DNA of 54,799 bases from Polymyxa betae A26-41 (GCA_003693705.1 RBZT01000770.1:1-54799), one strand, 5' to 3'. Shown: positions 37,270-49,184, counted from the stretch's first letter. Numbers and translations: made by a program. Notes: generated from the letters alone by a model not told the origin.

Positions 37270-37746
37270 TAATTATATAGCTTGCAGAAGAGGCACGCGA
37301 CTGCTGCAGGTTTCTATCGGCAACGGCAGCGGTTCCAGCTTGTTGTTTGAAATCCTCAAGTCCAAATGAAGGCATTTCCATTACCAACAACAATATGTTA
37401 ATAACGTTTGAGAGCAACATCTTGGATTTTGTAAAGAAGATTGGAGCAAAAAAAGCAGCTCCCCAGGACCATCATATTCCGGACGGCGTCTCTTTGTGTA
37501 ATGATTGAAACTGGTTAGATTACAAAATAAGTAATCGCTTCATATTTCGGGCCAGCAGCCCACGAATCTAGGCGATCCATCATTCTGAAAGCAGAATGCA
37601 AAGATAGACAGTTGGTACGGAATGTTTTATGAACCCTTATCATGATTGTAATGTAATGTTACACACTTATCGATCATTCACTAAAGGAGGCCGTTAGGCT
37701 ACCTAGGCTACAAGCTGCTCATCCAGTTTTGAATTTTGTCCCAGCC

Positions 37747-39403
37747 ATGCATCGTGTCGGTCAAATTGTTGCCCATACAACTGCCAGCGTCAAGGTTCCC
37801 GTGCCTAAATGTCATTCCGATTACTTCCAGTTTGATGAAATGCTCACTCCAGCTGAGAGGACGCTGCGCTATCAGGTTCATTCTATATAGCGGGAAGCTG
37901 GATTTTCCTTATATTTCAACAGATTCGTAAATTCGCAACTGAGAATGTTGCTCCAATTGCTGTTGATTATTGGGAGCGGGCTGAGTTCCCTTTCGAATTG
38001 ATAAAAAAAATGGCGCCGCTTGGTATCTGTGGATCGACTGTCAAAGGGTTTGGCTGCCCTGGCCTAAGCCATATGGCGAACGTTGCTATTCTGCTTGAAT
38101 TAGCTCGTATCGATACCTCGATTTCGACGTTCTTCCTAGTGCATAACTGTTTAGCGATCCAATCTATTGCCCTTTGTGGCAGCATCGAACAGAAGAGTTC
38201 CTACTTACCGGCAATGGCCAAGATGGAGAAGATTGGCTGTTTTGCCCTCAGCGAGCCTGATCGTGGATCCGATGCTAGCGATTTAGAAACAACGGCGACC
38301 CCCGTCGACGGAGGCGAGTTTTCTGTAAAGAGTTTGAAGAATGCTCATTCTGGATTCAGGCTGGATACTAAACGGCCAAAAGCGCTGGATTGGAAACTCG
38401 ACTTTTGCCGACGTTTTCGTCGTTTGGGCGAAGCAAACCCAAAGCAATACAATCCTTGGCTTCATTATGGACAAAGGCGCTCAAGGACTATCTGTCACGA
38501 AAATCGATAACAAGATCTCTCTTCGAATAGTTCAGAATGGTAATATTATATTCAACAACTGTTTTGTCTCAGAGAAGAACCGGATGCCAGGAGCTAAGGT
38601 ATCAGGATTATGAAAATGCCTATACCACTTATTGACTGAATGAAGGACTTCGCTAGTGGACCTGGGCAAGCTTTGACAGTTTCCAGAGTCATGGTGGCTT
38701 GGCAACCTGTTGGCATTGCAATGGGTATCTATGACAACTGCCTTGTTTATTTGAAGAACCGTCGTCAATTTGGAGCTCCCCTTGCTTCTTTCCAGCTTAA
38801 TCAAGTAGCTAGTGTCTCTGTAAAAGTTGCTTTTTTTTAAGTTGTTTAGGAAAAGCTTGCAAGAATGTTAGGGACAATTCAAAGCATGATGTATATGTCG
38901 CTGCGATTAAGTCAGCTTTATATCTCCGGCAAAATGACTCCTGGCCACGTTAGATGATTGCTTTGAAGTTTTCTCTTCAAAATTTGATTGCAACTCAGGC
39001 TGCCATCACGAAAGCGACGAATTCTCTTCGTGGAAGGGTATTCATGGAACTGTTAATTATTTTTTCGGTATTAACGATTGCTCTAGGAAGTTGCTGCATT
39101 GGGAAGAGAACTTCTTGGAGGGAACGGAATTGATGGTAACGAATAGTCAAAAAATATTTGATTTCACGATTGGTAATGAGAATTGTAGGATCATATCATG
39201 TCGCCCGTTTGTTTTGTGATATGGAATCGATTTACACTTATGAAGGTCAGTCAGGTATTATTCTCAGAGTCATTGCCTGATGTGAGGTTCAAGGCACATA
39301 TGATATCAACATGTTAGTTGCTGGTAGAGAGATCACTGGAATGGCTGCCATCAAATCCTCATACAAAGAACCCAAGTCTAAGAAAGCCGCTAATCATCAT
39401 TAA
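37747..39403 (+). CDS. Acyl-CoA oxidase 4-like / acyl-CoA dehydrogenase family, about 9 exons
   Basis: [83 protein letters not shown] and [19 protein letters not shown]. Confidence 0.92.
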
Positions 39404-39810
39404 GAGTTTCATTGTCCCAATGCCGAATGGGCAAATAAAAACCACCAATGGCATACTTATAGTTTTTGAATTTAAAGAAAGTCAATTTGCGCTGACTTCT
39501 CTGTGCTCATTCGATTTTAACAATAGAAGCGAACTGCTACTGGAAAATTGCAACAAGCATCATTCTCTTCTGAAGGCTCTGTCATTTGTTTATGATGCCG
39601 ACTTTCAAACACTTTGAAAAATTTTGCAATAAACTCGGTACAGTATTCCAACCTCAACTCTTTTAAGACCTCACGAGACCAGGAGTTTGTAACGCAATCG
39701 GAGATTTTCGACCGACTTTGCGAGCAGAGACTTTGTGGGTGAACTTGGATCTCTCTGCTTGGCTCCAATATAGCTGAAATCTACCCTATCTAATTCCGAA
39801 TCGCCAAACG

Positions 39811-40864
39811 ATGGTCAAGTTGTTTGAGCACCAGCACACGTACAAGTTCGTGCTCATATCACTTCAGTTTCTATCATTTGGCTTAGCGAGATCTGTCTAG
39901 GCACCCATGGGCCACGGTCTCAAGCGCGTTTTGGAAGAAATATCCGAATCCAGCATATCCTCACGTCAAAGAAGTAGAACCTGATAACGCTGTGCCTTTT
40001 GTGCATAATTAAGAAAATTGCAGATTGATTGCTTTGAAAGGAGACTAGACACTCACACCGGTGATTTGATATCGCATCGCTTAATAACAGCAGATACCAA
40101 TTTCCCTTCGTTTCTACATTCGGTACGATCAATGTCTCGATGTGCTAATTTGCCTTCAATCTCGATGCAGATCGGTGCTCCGAAATCCGCTTTCGGACTG
40201 GAAGAATCGATCGTCAATGCGCGCGAGCAAAAGCTGGTCCTGAAATCGAGGAATCTAACGGGGTAAATTAGGTTGCTATTTAACCAATCGATCTATTCAG
40301 CGTCATCATTCAGATCAGACTTTTTAGTAGTCGAAGAAACTTGTACTTATCGTCCACATCCAGACAATCCAGACTGGACGTTATACACACAACAGGCTAC
40401 AATTACAGGTCAGAACCAATTCCTTTCTAAACACAACATGACTTATAGCTCTCTCAATCAGGAACCGCTCCTTTGTTTTCTTCAAAGTTTGAAAATCATG
40501 GATTGTCAAGGTTGCAACATCAAGCAAAACAGGTTCAGATCGTCACCACAGTTCGCTTGTTAGCTGAAGTGATTTGCAGGGACTAGACGTGATGGAGAAA
40601 ATCTGTCAAACGATTTCAAATGAAGCAGAATTACTCGCCTCTGAAGCCATGTCTGAATTCGAATCTCTGATTCACGACGTCGAGACTGGGTTTTCCCAGC
40701 TATTCTCCGAACCCGGCAAGGCTACAGCGTCGGCAAACAGCTCTTCGACAAAGCAAGCACCAGGCAAACAAGAAGCTTTCTGTCCAAGAGAACAAAACGC
40801 AGAGAAGCAGAAGCCAAACGAATGTCCCCATTCATGTCCACACGAACGGCCAGCGCCTCGATAG
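39811..40864 (+). CDS. PRELI/MSF1-domain mitochondrial lipid-transfer protein (Ups/PRELID-like), multi-exon
   Basis: MVKLFEHQHTYK|HPWATVSSAFWKKYPNP, EESIVNAREQKLVLKSRNLT, VEETCTYRPHPDNPDWTLYTQQATI and GLDVMEKI. Confidence 0.9.
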
Positions 40865-41420
40865 CCCATTCTCTTTGTTGTTTGTTTCTCTGCGCTGACG
40901 CTCCCTGTCTCAATGTAAAGCCCTTTCTTTCTGAACTTCTAATATTAAATGTTTGGACCAACCCTGGTTATTTGAAGGAATCTGCAATAGGGGCTTTATT
41001 AACAACAAAACCGGCGAATCGCATTACCAGTTCTTGGCTACTTTATATTGATAGCAAGCCAGAAGAAATATCTTATGTAGAATCCCGACATCGTGCAGTT
41101 TAACACCCCTGCGCTCCAATGGCGCTCATTCCAGGAAGACAGATTTACCCAATGTCTTCAACTATCAACTACTTATCCGATTAAGTTTAAGAAGCAGATC
41201 GACAACAACTTTCCGCCACTAAGGACCATAGTTCAAGTTTACCACAACGCATTCTCTTGAAGCTGATGGGTGGAACTATTAAGAAAAATTAGCTTGTGCT
41301 TTTGCCCTAATCAATCCATGCTCATTGATACAGCATACTTGCAGGCAGACGCGTGCCGCCGCCGCATGGAACCACAATAACTAAACCAGTTTCAAGGTTC
41401 CAAAACAGGTTGTGGCGGCG

Positions 41421-43329
41421 ATGGGGTCGGTTTGGACAAGGCTGCGCAATCAAGATCCTGATGAATTGTTCGCTGTAAGCGTGGCGTGGCCCTCTCATAC
41501 TCATAGGGTCACTTCTTTTATGAAATTCACTTTAAAATGGTCACTTTAGTACTCGTCTGCTAAAGTCGTCCGAATTCGTGATAGACGTCTGGGGCTTTTA
41601 CGTCTAGCATTCCAGATCGCTATTGCGGTGTACGTGATCGGTTTTGTGATCATTAAGAACCAGTGAGAAGCGTTCCATTAAGAGATGGTTTGGCACCTGA
41701 ATGCCTTGTAGGCAGTATCTCGAGTATGATGAACCGTCCGGAACCATCCAGACGAGTTTACGTAAACCAGATGGCGCTGTGGATCCTGCTGGTTATCCAT
41801 TTTGTAAGCAATATACGGGACCAGCACCGTCCAATCCTTCTGTCGACACCGGTGCGGCTCTGAAAGGCGTCGATTCGTTCATTCTATTTTGCTAAATGTT
41901 CGTCAGCGGAATGCACTGTCTGGGATGAACAGCAAGTTCAGGATCCGATTTCCGTCGATAACAAGTGCTGAAAGCTGTTTTCGAATCTTTTCTATGCTAG
42001 CTGTTGCCTGATTGTGCCCCCGTTTTGTAGCTTTCGTTCTGGCATATTTTAAGTTTTACACTTCTATCGATAACCTTTCTAATTTCCCATGATAGCATGT
42101 TCATCACGACACGAGCCAGCGTATCAACCGAAGCCCGGGCCTGCTCCGAAGGCGCCGTTTGCGATCATCCCTTCGTAACAACCAGCGGCGTCATTAAATA
42201 TTTCACAGTTGGGGTTGAGAACTTCACGATTGGCATTTTACACAGCTTCGAGGCGAGAAGTTCGTCTTGTTTTCTTTTCTATTATTTTTTATTAATCTCA
42301 TATTTATAGAGTTCCTTGAAGATTCCAGCAAAAAGACTTCCACCGGAACAATGATTTCCGGAACCGGCAATCAGCTTTATGCTGGCACATCGAAGGTTGG
42401 TAGCAGTTTTAGAATCATAAAAACAATGAAATGATTTGTTCAGGATCTTACTGGGTCGCTGGTGTCGAGAGATGGGACCGTCTTACAGAATTTCAATGGC
42501 AGCTCGAACGGGATTAATATCATCCCTTTACAAATGATCTTGGATGCTGCAGGCTTGAACCTAAATGAACCCTGTACCGTTACATTTATATCGATGACGT
42601 CGTTGATAATGATGCTGTTTAACAGCTGATTCGGTGGCAAACGGTGCCAAGCCGGAATCAGTTCGTAACGCCGGCGTAATCCTCACTGTTGAAATCAAAT
42701 ATTCGATTTTGAATAATCAAAAAACATTCGTCATTTCTGCCGATCAGTAAGTTGTGTTGAGACGTATTCATGCCCAGCATCTGACAATATGCTTTCAAGC
42801 ATTCCTGGCTCAGAGTTCAAAGTTGTTACAACTCGAATGCTGAATTCAAGTAAGCGTTATTTTCAGCTTATCGTTTTTTCTGATAAGTACTGAAATCAGC
42901 TCATCGCTTCAATTACAATCGACATGGCGTTCAAATAAGTTTTATCCAAACAGGATCTATATCAAGGTACTAAAATGGATTATGCCTAATTTGAGCGTTA
43001 AATGATGCTGCTGATAGATTTGTTTTTCAATCTTTCCTGATCCAATTATTCACTGCATTGGGTATGCTGGCGATGGCCAACGTACTTGTCGACACAATTA
43101 TGTTGTACATTTTGCCAGAACGGGTCTTGTACGCTTCAGCTAAGGTGATGCATTGTTTGTTCGGCTGTATGACATTTTGCTAAACTGGATGTTGTTGTAG
43201 TACGACGTCACCGAGGACTTCTCTGATGTGAGAGGAAAGAAAGCCCCTGGAGATGTGAACCCCAATTCGATGACTGATTTCGACAAGGATGTGAACGAAA
43301 TGCCGCAAGAACCTTTACCTCAACCCTGA
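41421..43329 (+). CDS. P2X-type ATP-gated cation channel (Dictyostelium P2X-like), about 10 exons
   Basis: Spliced model: MGSVWTRLRNQDPDELFA|YSSAKVVRIRDRRLGLLRLAFQIAIAVYVIGFVIIKNQ (TM1) ...TSLRKP...CTVWDE...MFITTR...VGVENFTI...LDAAGLNL...SVRNAGVILTVEIKYS...EFK...NRHGVQISFIQTGSISRFVFQSFLIQLFTALGMLAMANVLVDTIMLYILP (TM2) ERVLYASAK|YDVTEDFS...QP*. Confidence 0.92.
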
Positions 43330-43393
43330 AAGGCTTACAGTGTTCTACACTGTACGAGAAATATTTTTCGAATCTGAATAGATCAGACATAGG

Positions 43394-43889
43394 TTAATCA
43401 GAATCATTGTAATCTTCCATATCGGTCAAATCCCTAAATCGAGGTAGCGAAATTTCTCTTGTTCGTCGGCGACGTCTACGGCGTGTGCTGTTCATGTTTG
43501 CTGATCTTGGTCTTCTTTGTCGCTCGTTTTGAGCGGTGGATGTTAAGGGAACTATCGAATCCGGATGGTATTCGACAACAACCGCCATTACAGGTTCGAA
43601 AAAGATGTCATCAGTAGATGTGTGAACATCGATCTGGACCACATCTGGGTCGTCCGGATCACGATCCTCAACATTAATAGATTGATTGCTAGAAATCACG
43701 ATAACGGAACCAAACCGAGCCCGACACCTGACCGATAGTAAGATTGTCAGGAAAGTTAAAACTTTCGATTACAAAGGACAGCGATTGGTGACGTTCGCCC
43801 ACTGAAGTATGCAGGACAGGCACATAATATGCCGAAGACATGATGAAGGCACCGATGCAGAGTCTGCATAATCGTGGCAGACAGGGCAT
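43394..43889 (-). CDS. Small orphan protein with a putative signal peptide and poly-Arg NLS-like tract, probably 2 exons
   Basis: ORFs 43689..43889 (MPCLPRLCRLCIGAFIMSSA...) and 43394..43699 (RRRRRRR) can be joined by a short GT-AG intron of about 37 nt; the splice is uncertain. Confidence 0.45.
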
Positions 43890-44174
43890 ATAGTTAGGCT
43901 ATCGTCCATTACATTCAATCTGGATGATGATAAGACTGCTGATTGCAATCAGCTATTCATTCTGGAACAAAACGACATTGAGGGTATCATAAATAACTTT
44001 AATGTATTTACTTATAAAAACAATTCAACGATGTGCGAGAGCAATGCATTTTTTGGCCAGGTTTCTCTCAGAAACCTGAAGGGCAACAGAGAACGCTGAA
44101 TCTGGCTTGTCCGTTTGAAACATCATGTCAGGCAATATATATTTTAATCAAAGAATCGCTTTCCGATCGTCGAC

Positions 44175-45498
44175 TTAATGGATTGTTGGAGAGTCGTTCA
44201 AAGCAACGCAGGTGACCGCTTTCGAATGGCCACGATATTCCAGAACAACATCGCCCGTGCCCAAATCGAAAAGACGAGCGGTCTTATCAGAAGAAGCTTG
44301 AGACAACCAATTTAGGATGATGGTAATCTGAATGAAGACTGAACCGACCTGTTACTAGATATGCACTGTCTGCAGAGAAAGTACAATCCCAAACCCAGCC
44401 TTGATGTCCATGAAGAGTCCGTCCCAATTCAATTCCATCCGAAAGATTCCATATGCGAACGGAACGATCTGCAGATGTCGTTGCCAAATATCTGAACTCA
44501 ATTTCAGTTGATGTCAGAAAATAATCGAAACTATCATCAAATTTTGTAATGAAGTGCATTAGTAACAATATTTCTGATCACGTAACTTGCTATCGGGTGA
44601 AATCAAACATCTAAGAAGATATGCAGAATGGGCGTTGATTGTATGTGACAGCTCAAGCTCATGCTGATCATTAACAGACCTAGAGAAAAGTAAAGAACAG
44701 TTCTGCCATCACTGATCAATCTTAATTACCAGAGAATACATTTGCCCTTATTGTTTGCCGCTGCAATCATTGAGGCATCACTCGCAATAGAAACTGATCT
44801 CAAGCTGGTTCGATCCTCAACGGCCTACTTAACTTCAGCCCATAGCAAAAACATCGTCTCAACTGGTTTTTACGGACCAGAGCCAAGGAGCATTTGCCTG
44901 CAGCAAGATCGTAAATACGAAGATACCCTGTTTCATCGACAGTCACAATCTCGCCCTGGATTGAAAATGAGAACACAAAACCAACAGAAATAGGTTATTA
45001 TTTAAACGACTTGGTTGGGATGCAGAATAGCATCGCTAATAGAAACTCCAACAGAAAAATCTCTCTGGCAGCCTCCAGCTCGAATATCCCAAATCTTTAT
45101 AAGCCCATCTTCCGATCCAGAAAACATCCATCTCGCCTGCTTTTGAAAAGCGATCGTTGTCACGTTCCCTTTATGGCCAGACAACGTCCGAATCTGCTGA
45201 TCAATCAGCCAGCGTCGCCACAACAGCAAATAATCAGTACTGAATTTTGGTTCTGGCTCAAAGACGCAATATCGAAGATTCGGATCATGGGATTGCCAGC
45301 GGCCGCTAGCATCTGCTTATCAACTGTAATATCCAGTCGATTTACTTGCTATCAATTCCAATCAAGAATCGACAACACAAGCTTAGGGTCTCAAACCGAA
45401 TCGGGATGCTGAATGGACTGGCGACATTGAGCTGACGTCGCTTGCCACAAGCGAATGGACCCATAGCCGGCCGTGGCCAGGATGACGCTGGCCGACAT
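44175..45498 (-). CDS. LST8: TOR complex subunit LST8 (WD40), multi-exon
   Basis: [84 protein letters not shown] and [13 protein letters not shown]. Confidence 0.95.
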
Positions 45499-45802
45499 CA
45501 ATACCTGGCCCGGCCACTACTTGCGATAATGAATCTGCGACAGCCTTGGGGATACCCTTTCGGCATTATCCCTCGATCGGCTTCATATGAGAGGCCTTTG
45601 ATCGAGTTTAAATGCGTTGTTAAAGCAGGTAACATTACACTTCTTTCAAAGTGACTTTTATTTCGACTACGTAACAAACTTGCAGCTGAAGGATGTGATT
45701 GTAATGTTACATAGCCACAATAATTCAAGCCTATGTAACATTACTTTGAAGGCAGCTATGCGTGGGTAGTTTCGCAGCTTCCATGGACCATTTCTGCCTT
45801 TC

Positions 45803-47473
45803 ATGTCGTCCAAAAACGTTTCGGACTGGGCTGAGCGTGAAGCCTTTCATTCTTCCAATACATTGTCACCAGTAAGGCCACAGCCGTTTGTGGCCAGGAA
45901 CGCGCTACAGTAAATACCGATCCGGCCTGCTCCTGCCACTCCGGCAAGCCCTTATCGATCGACTTCCAGGCTGCTGTCATCGCCTGGAAAATGTCGTGTT
46001 CCACTGGATAAGGCGCTAGACAACGTAATAAACTCAACGCCGTCGCCAATTTCGCCAGCTTTGTACGAAGTACAGCTTTGGTCACTCAGCGAAGTCTCAC
46101 ACGTCATCTTAGTCGCAGACCGTTGTACCGCAAGTCGCCTTAAGCCAATGCCACCTAAAGAGTCTGACGACGAAGGGGATGATGAGACCCAAGTGGAAGT
46201 GGGCAAGCAGCCACATTACCCTTGAGCCAAATTGATATCGGCTGTGAAATCACTTATCTGCCATTGGGCAGTTATGCTTATTGCTTTGAACACCGTCGTG
46301 CTTAAGTGCAGGGGCACTTCAAGGACGTGTATCCATATTCAATGTATTAATTGCTAAATCTAATAAACTGTAAAGCCTGTGTTATCCGTTGACGAAATAG
46401 CAATCAGATTGCATCGAAACTCGATCGTATCGACCTGCTGCCTTTATTATTGCAGTCGTTCAGAAAGTCATTTGGTTTTCCTCTAAATTGTGATTTATTG
46501 TTGAATTCTCAGCTATCACCGTCTAGAGGGACTGGGTTCAAGGATCTTCGAATGGTTGATCAAATAATCGAAAGACCATCACAGGTTGAAGCGCTTTTCA
46601 TGCGAAGAGTTATTTGAATTAAGAATAGTATACGAGATGAATATGATTTTTTTGTTCCCATTTTTACTGATCAATATTGGGTGGCACGCTCCATGTTGAT
46701 GTATCTGCAAGCAAGAAAGCGAACGTAAACTAAAAGCGTTCGCATGCCGAGCTCTAAACTTTCCAACATATCGTCTTCCAAGGTATGGCCTTACAACTGT
46801 CCATGGAATCGGTAGCTTACTGATGACAGAAAACATCATGGAAAAAAGTCCATCGGGTTCACCATTCTCCAGCAGAAATCAAGTACGTTTCTGACAATGA
46901 AGTAGCACAGAAAACGAAATGGTCAGTAGGATGAACTCTGCTTACAAGCAATAGTAATATGATTGCAAGCAGCATGCAATCGAATGATACAGCGATGGAT
47001 AAAACACCCTGGAAACCCGGTAAGAACATCCTTGTTACGACCGTCTCTTCTCTGATTATTGTTAGCACCGCGAGCTATCAAGCACGACCCCGTTAAATAT
47101 GACTTTCAGGTAGATCTGTTATCGTACAGACGGGCTTCAGAACGACAACCATCAGCAAGAAGTAAATCATCAGAACGTCAACCTGAGAGAATATGGAAAC
47201 CGACTAATCCCAATTCCAGAAGGTGATTTTTCCACTTCGAAACCAAAGAACGAGTTTGAATGTGAGTCCAGGCCGTATAATGAACTAAAGCTCTCTTCTG
47301 AAAATCTAATTGACATCGTTAAAGCCGACCAAGAGAGGAACAGAAAAGAGAAGCTGGAGAAGGCGAAGGTCCCTTTGTATGGACCTTGGATTCCAGCTGA
47401 TCGGCGTTATAAACGGGGTGTGAATTGGGGAACTATCAATCCTTTTCCACCATATGATCCTTTTCTGCAATAA
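45803..47473 (+). CDS. Unidentified gene with many small exons (boundaries approximate)
   Basis: Regular GT...AG intron-sized spacers between short protein-like blocks: MPPKESDDEGDDETQVE, ALNFPTYRLP, RLQAACNRMIQRWIKHPGNP and a terminal DQERNRKEKLEKAKVPLYGPWIPADRRYKRGVNWGTINPFPPYDPFLQ*. Full phase not resolved. Confidence 0.4.
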
Positions 47474-47525
47474 AATCGAGAGGACAAACTGGCAGGAATG
47501 GTGAGCTCGTAGTTTAATAGGAAAT

Positions 47526-47992
47526 TCAGTGGTGATCATCATAGCCTTCAATTTCCACAAGTTTCAGCTTGAACACCTGACCGCATTCCATGCATTTCTG
47601 CATGGGGCCATCCGTCAGCAAGAAATACAATGGGAAATGCTCATTATCCGATGGGCCGACACAACCAACGATCCGTTCTTTCAGGCCGCTCGGGACGATA
47701 GCCGGCTTTTCTTTGGTGCCGAATGGGCCCCGAAGCGGATCTTGGCTGAAAAGAACCTTGCCTGCCTCTTCGGCTTTCAATTCTTTCAACTCTTTACCGG
47801 TAGCGTACTCCAAACTGGTCCCAACTTTTTCGGGATCGCTACCTGGCTGGAAATCAGTACACCAGAATCATCAAAAGCTGGATGACCTCCTGATGCCTGA
47901 GCGGCAAACCAACATCGTGAAACTCGTGGGCGAGTGAGCTGTGCTCGGGCGAAAGGGAGCAAACACGAGCGAACAGCTCGAATCGACGACAT
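47526..47992 (-). CDS. COX5B: Cytochrome c oxidase subunit 5B (Zn-binding), 2 exons
   Basis: Arg-rich mitochondrial presequence; ATGKELKEL, GPFGTKEKPAIVPS..ERIVGC and KCMECGQVFKL. Confidence 0.93.
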
Positions 47993-48467
47993 TGTAAAGA
48001 CAAGTTTGAGTCTGCGCGCCGCACAACTTAAAGGGGCTTTGTCCTTTGTAGAGTCACATAGTGAGAAATAGACAGATAGTCCCCCGAATATCATCGTCAT
48101 CATCTTCATCGTTCTCTGATACCCTATAATAGACACAATACACCATGCTGTACTAGGCCAAAACATTTGTCATGAGCTGGGGACCGCCAAACTGGTTTAT
48201 GCAGATTCAAATGTTTGTTCGATTTCGGAATCTTTTTTCTGTATTCTCCCAAGAAATCGGGGATGCCGAAAACGCCGAATTCTTAAGATCTATCACAAAT
48301 TTGGGGCCAGTAAATGGTGGCAGTAATAGTTGATGACTGCAATAAAGCTTCAAAGCTGCCAGATGGCGGTTTATAGCCAGATTCAGGACGCGTGCCCGAA
48401 TATCGACGAATTCAGCGATTTCGCGTTCCAATCTGGACCGAAGCGCTGCTTAACTTAGCTTGATGGT

Positions 48468-49139
48468 ATGACAGGCTTAGATGAAGAATCTTCACCGGAA
48501 CGGCTCGCTTCCAGTAATTTAGAGAATCCGGCGCTACACCCTGGTTCGCTCCGGTCGATACATACTAAAGCAGATGACGATCAGGCCTCGTCTGTTTCTG
48601 TCAATTTATTCGTTCCAGAGGATATAACCGTTTTATTGCCGACGACGCAGCGACCTAGTCGAGGCTCTTCCACTTTGAAAGCCAAGCTGAAAACCGTGGA
48701 CCAGCATTCCTCGACCTCCTCGTCATGCGATATTGTCCCACCATTACAACCAAGCAAACCAGCTAATCCCCGACCAGTTTTAAAAAAAAGCAATTCACAG
48801 ATGCAGTTGGAACTGCAACAGTTTGATGCTGCAAAATCTTTCAAACCCAAACCTTTGCTAAAAAGTTTCTCGCAATCCAATATTCCAGAACCCAGATTTT
48901 CACCAGCGCCATTCGCTACAGCCGCTACAAGGTCGATTTTAAAGCGAAGCGATTCATGTTCAAGCAGAAAAAGTTTCGAAGAAGAAGAAGCCGGTGCGAT
49001 GCCAAGAAGATCGCCATCCCGTCAGTTGAGCTTTGCTGACGATAAGAAACAACCTCTGGCAATTGTTCACCACGTTCCTGACACGCATTACCCTTCGAGG
49101 AAGGCATTCTTGTGCTGCGGCTGCTGCCCAATACAATGA
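48468..49139 (+). CDS. Disordered protein with PP1-docking motifs (SILK, RVxF-like) and a Cys-rich CaaX tail
   Basis: RSILKR, RQLSFADDKKQPLAIVHHV and the C-terminus FLCCGCCPIQ*. Confidence 0.65.
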   Translation: MTGLDEESSPERLASSNLENPALHPGSLRSIHTKADDDQASSVSVNLFVPEDITVLLPTTQRPSRGSSTLKAKLKTVDQHSSTSSSCDIVPPLQPSKPANPRPVLKKSNSQMQLELQQFDAAKSFKPKPLLKSFSQSNIPEPRFSPAPFATAATRSILKRSDSCSSRKSFEEEEAGAMPRRSPSRQLSFADDKKQPLAIVHHVPDTHYPSRKAFLCCGCCPIQ

Positions 49140-49184
49140 TAATACAAATATAAACAAAAATTTAATAATGAACAGAATGAAGAT

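Noticed and set aside
41866-41907. Apparent GC donor in the P2X gene (AAAG|GCGTCG)
   Set aside because: An upstream canonical GT donor (ACC G|GTGCGG) gives the same phase with a typical intron length of about 56 nt.
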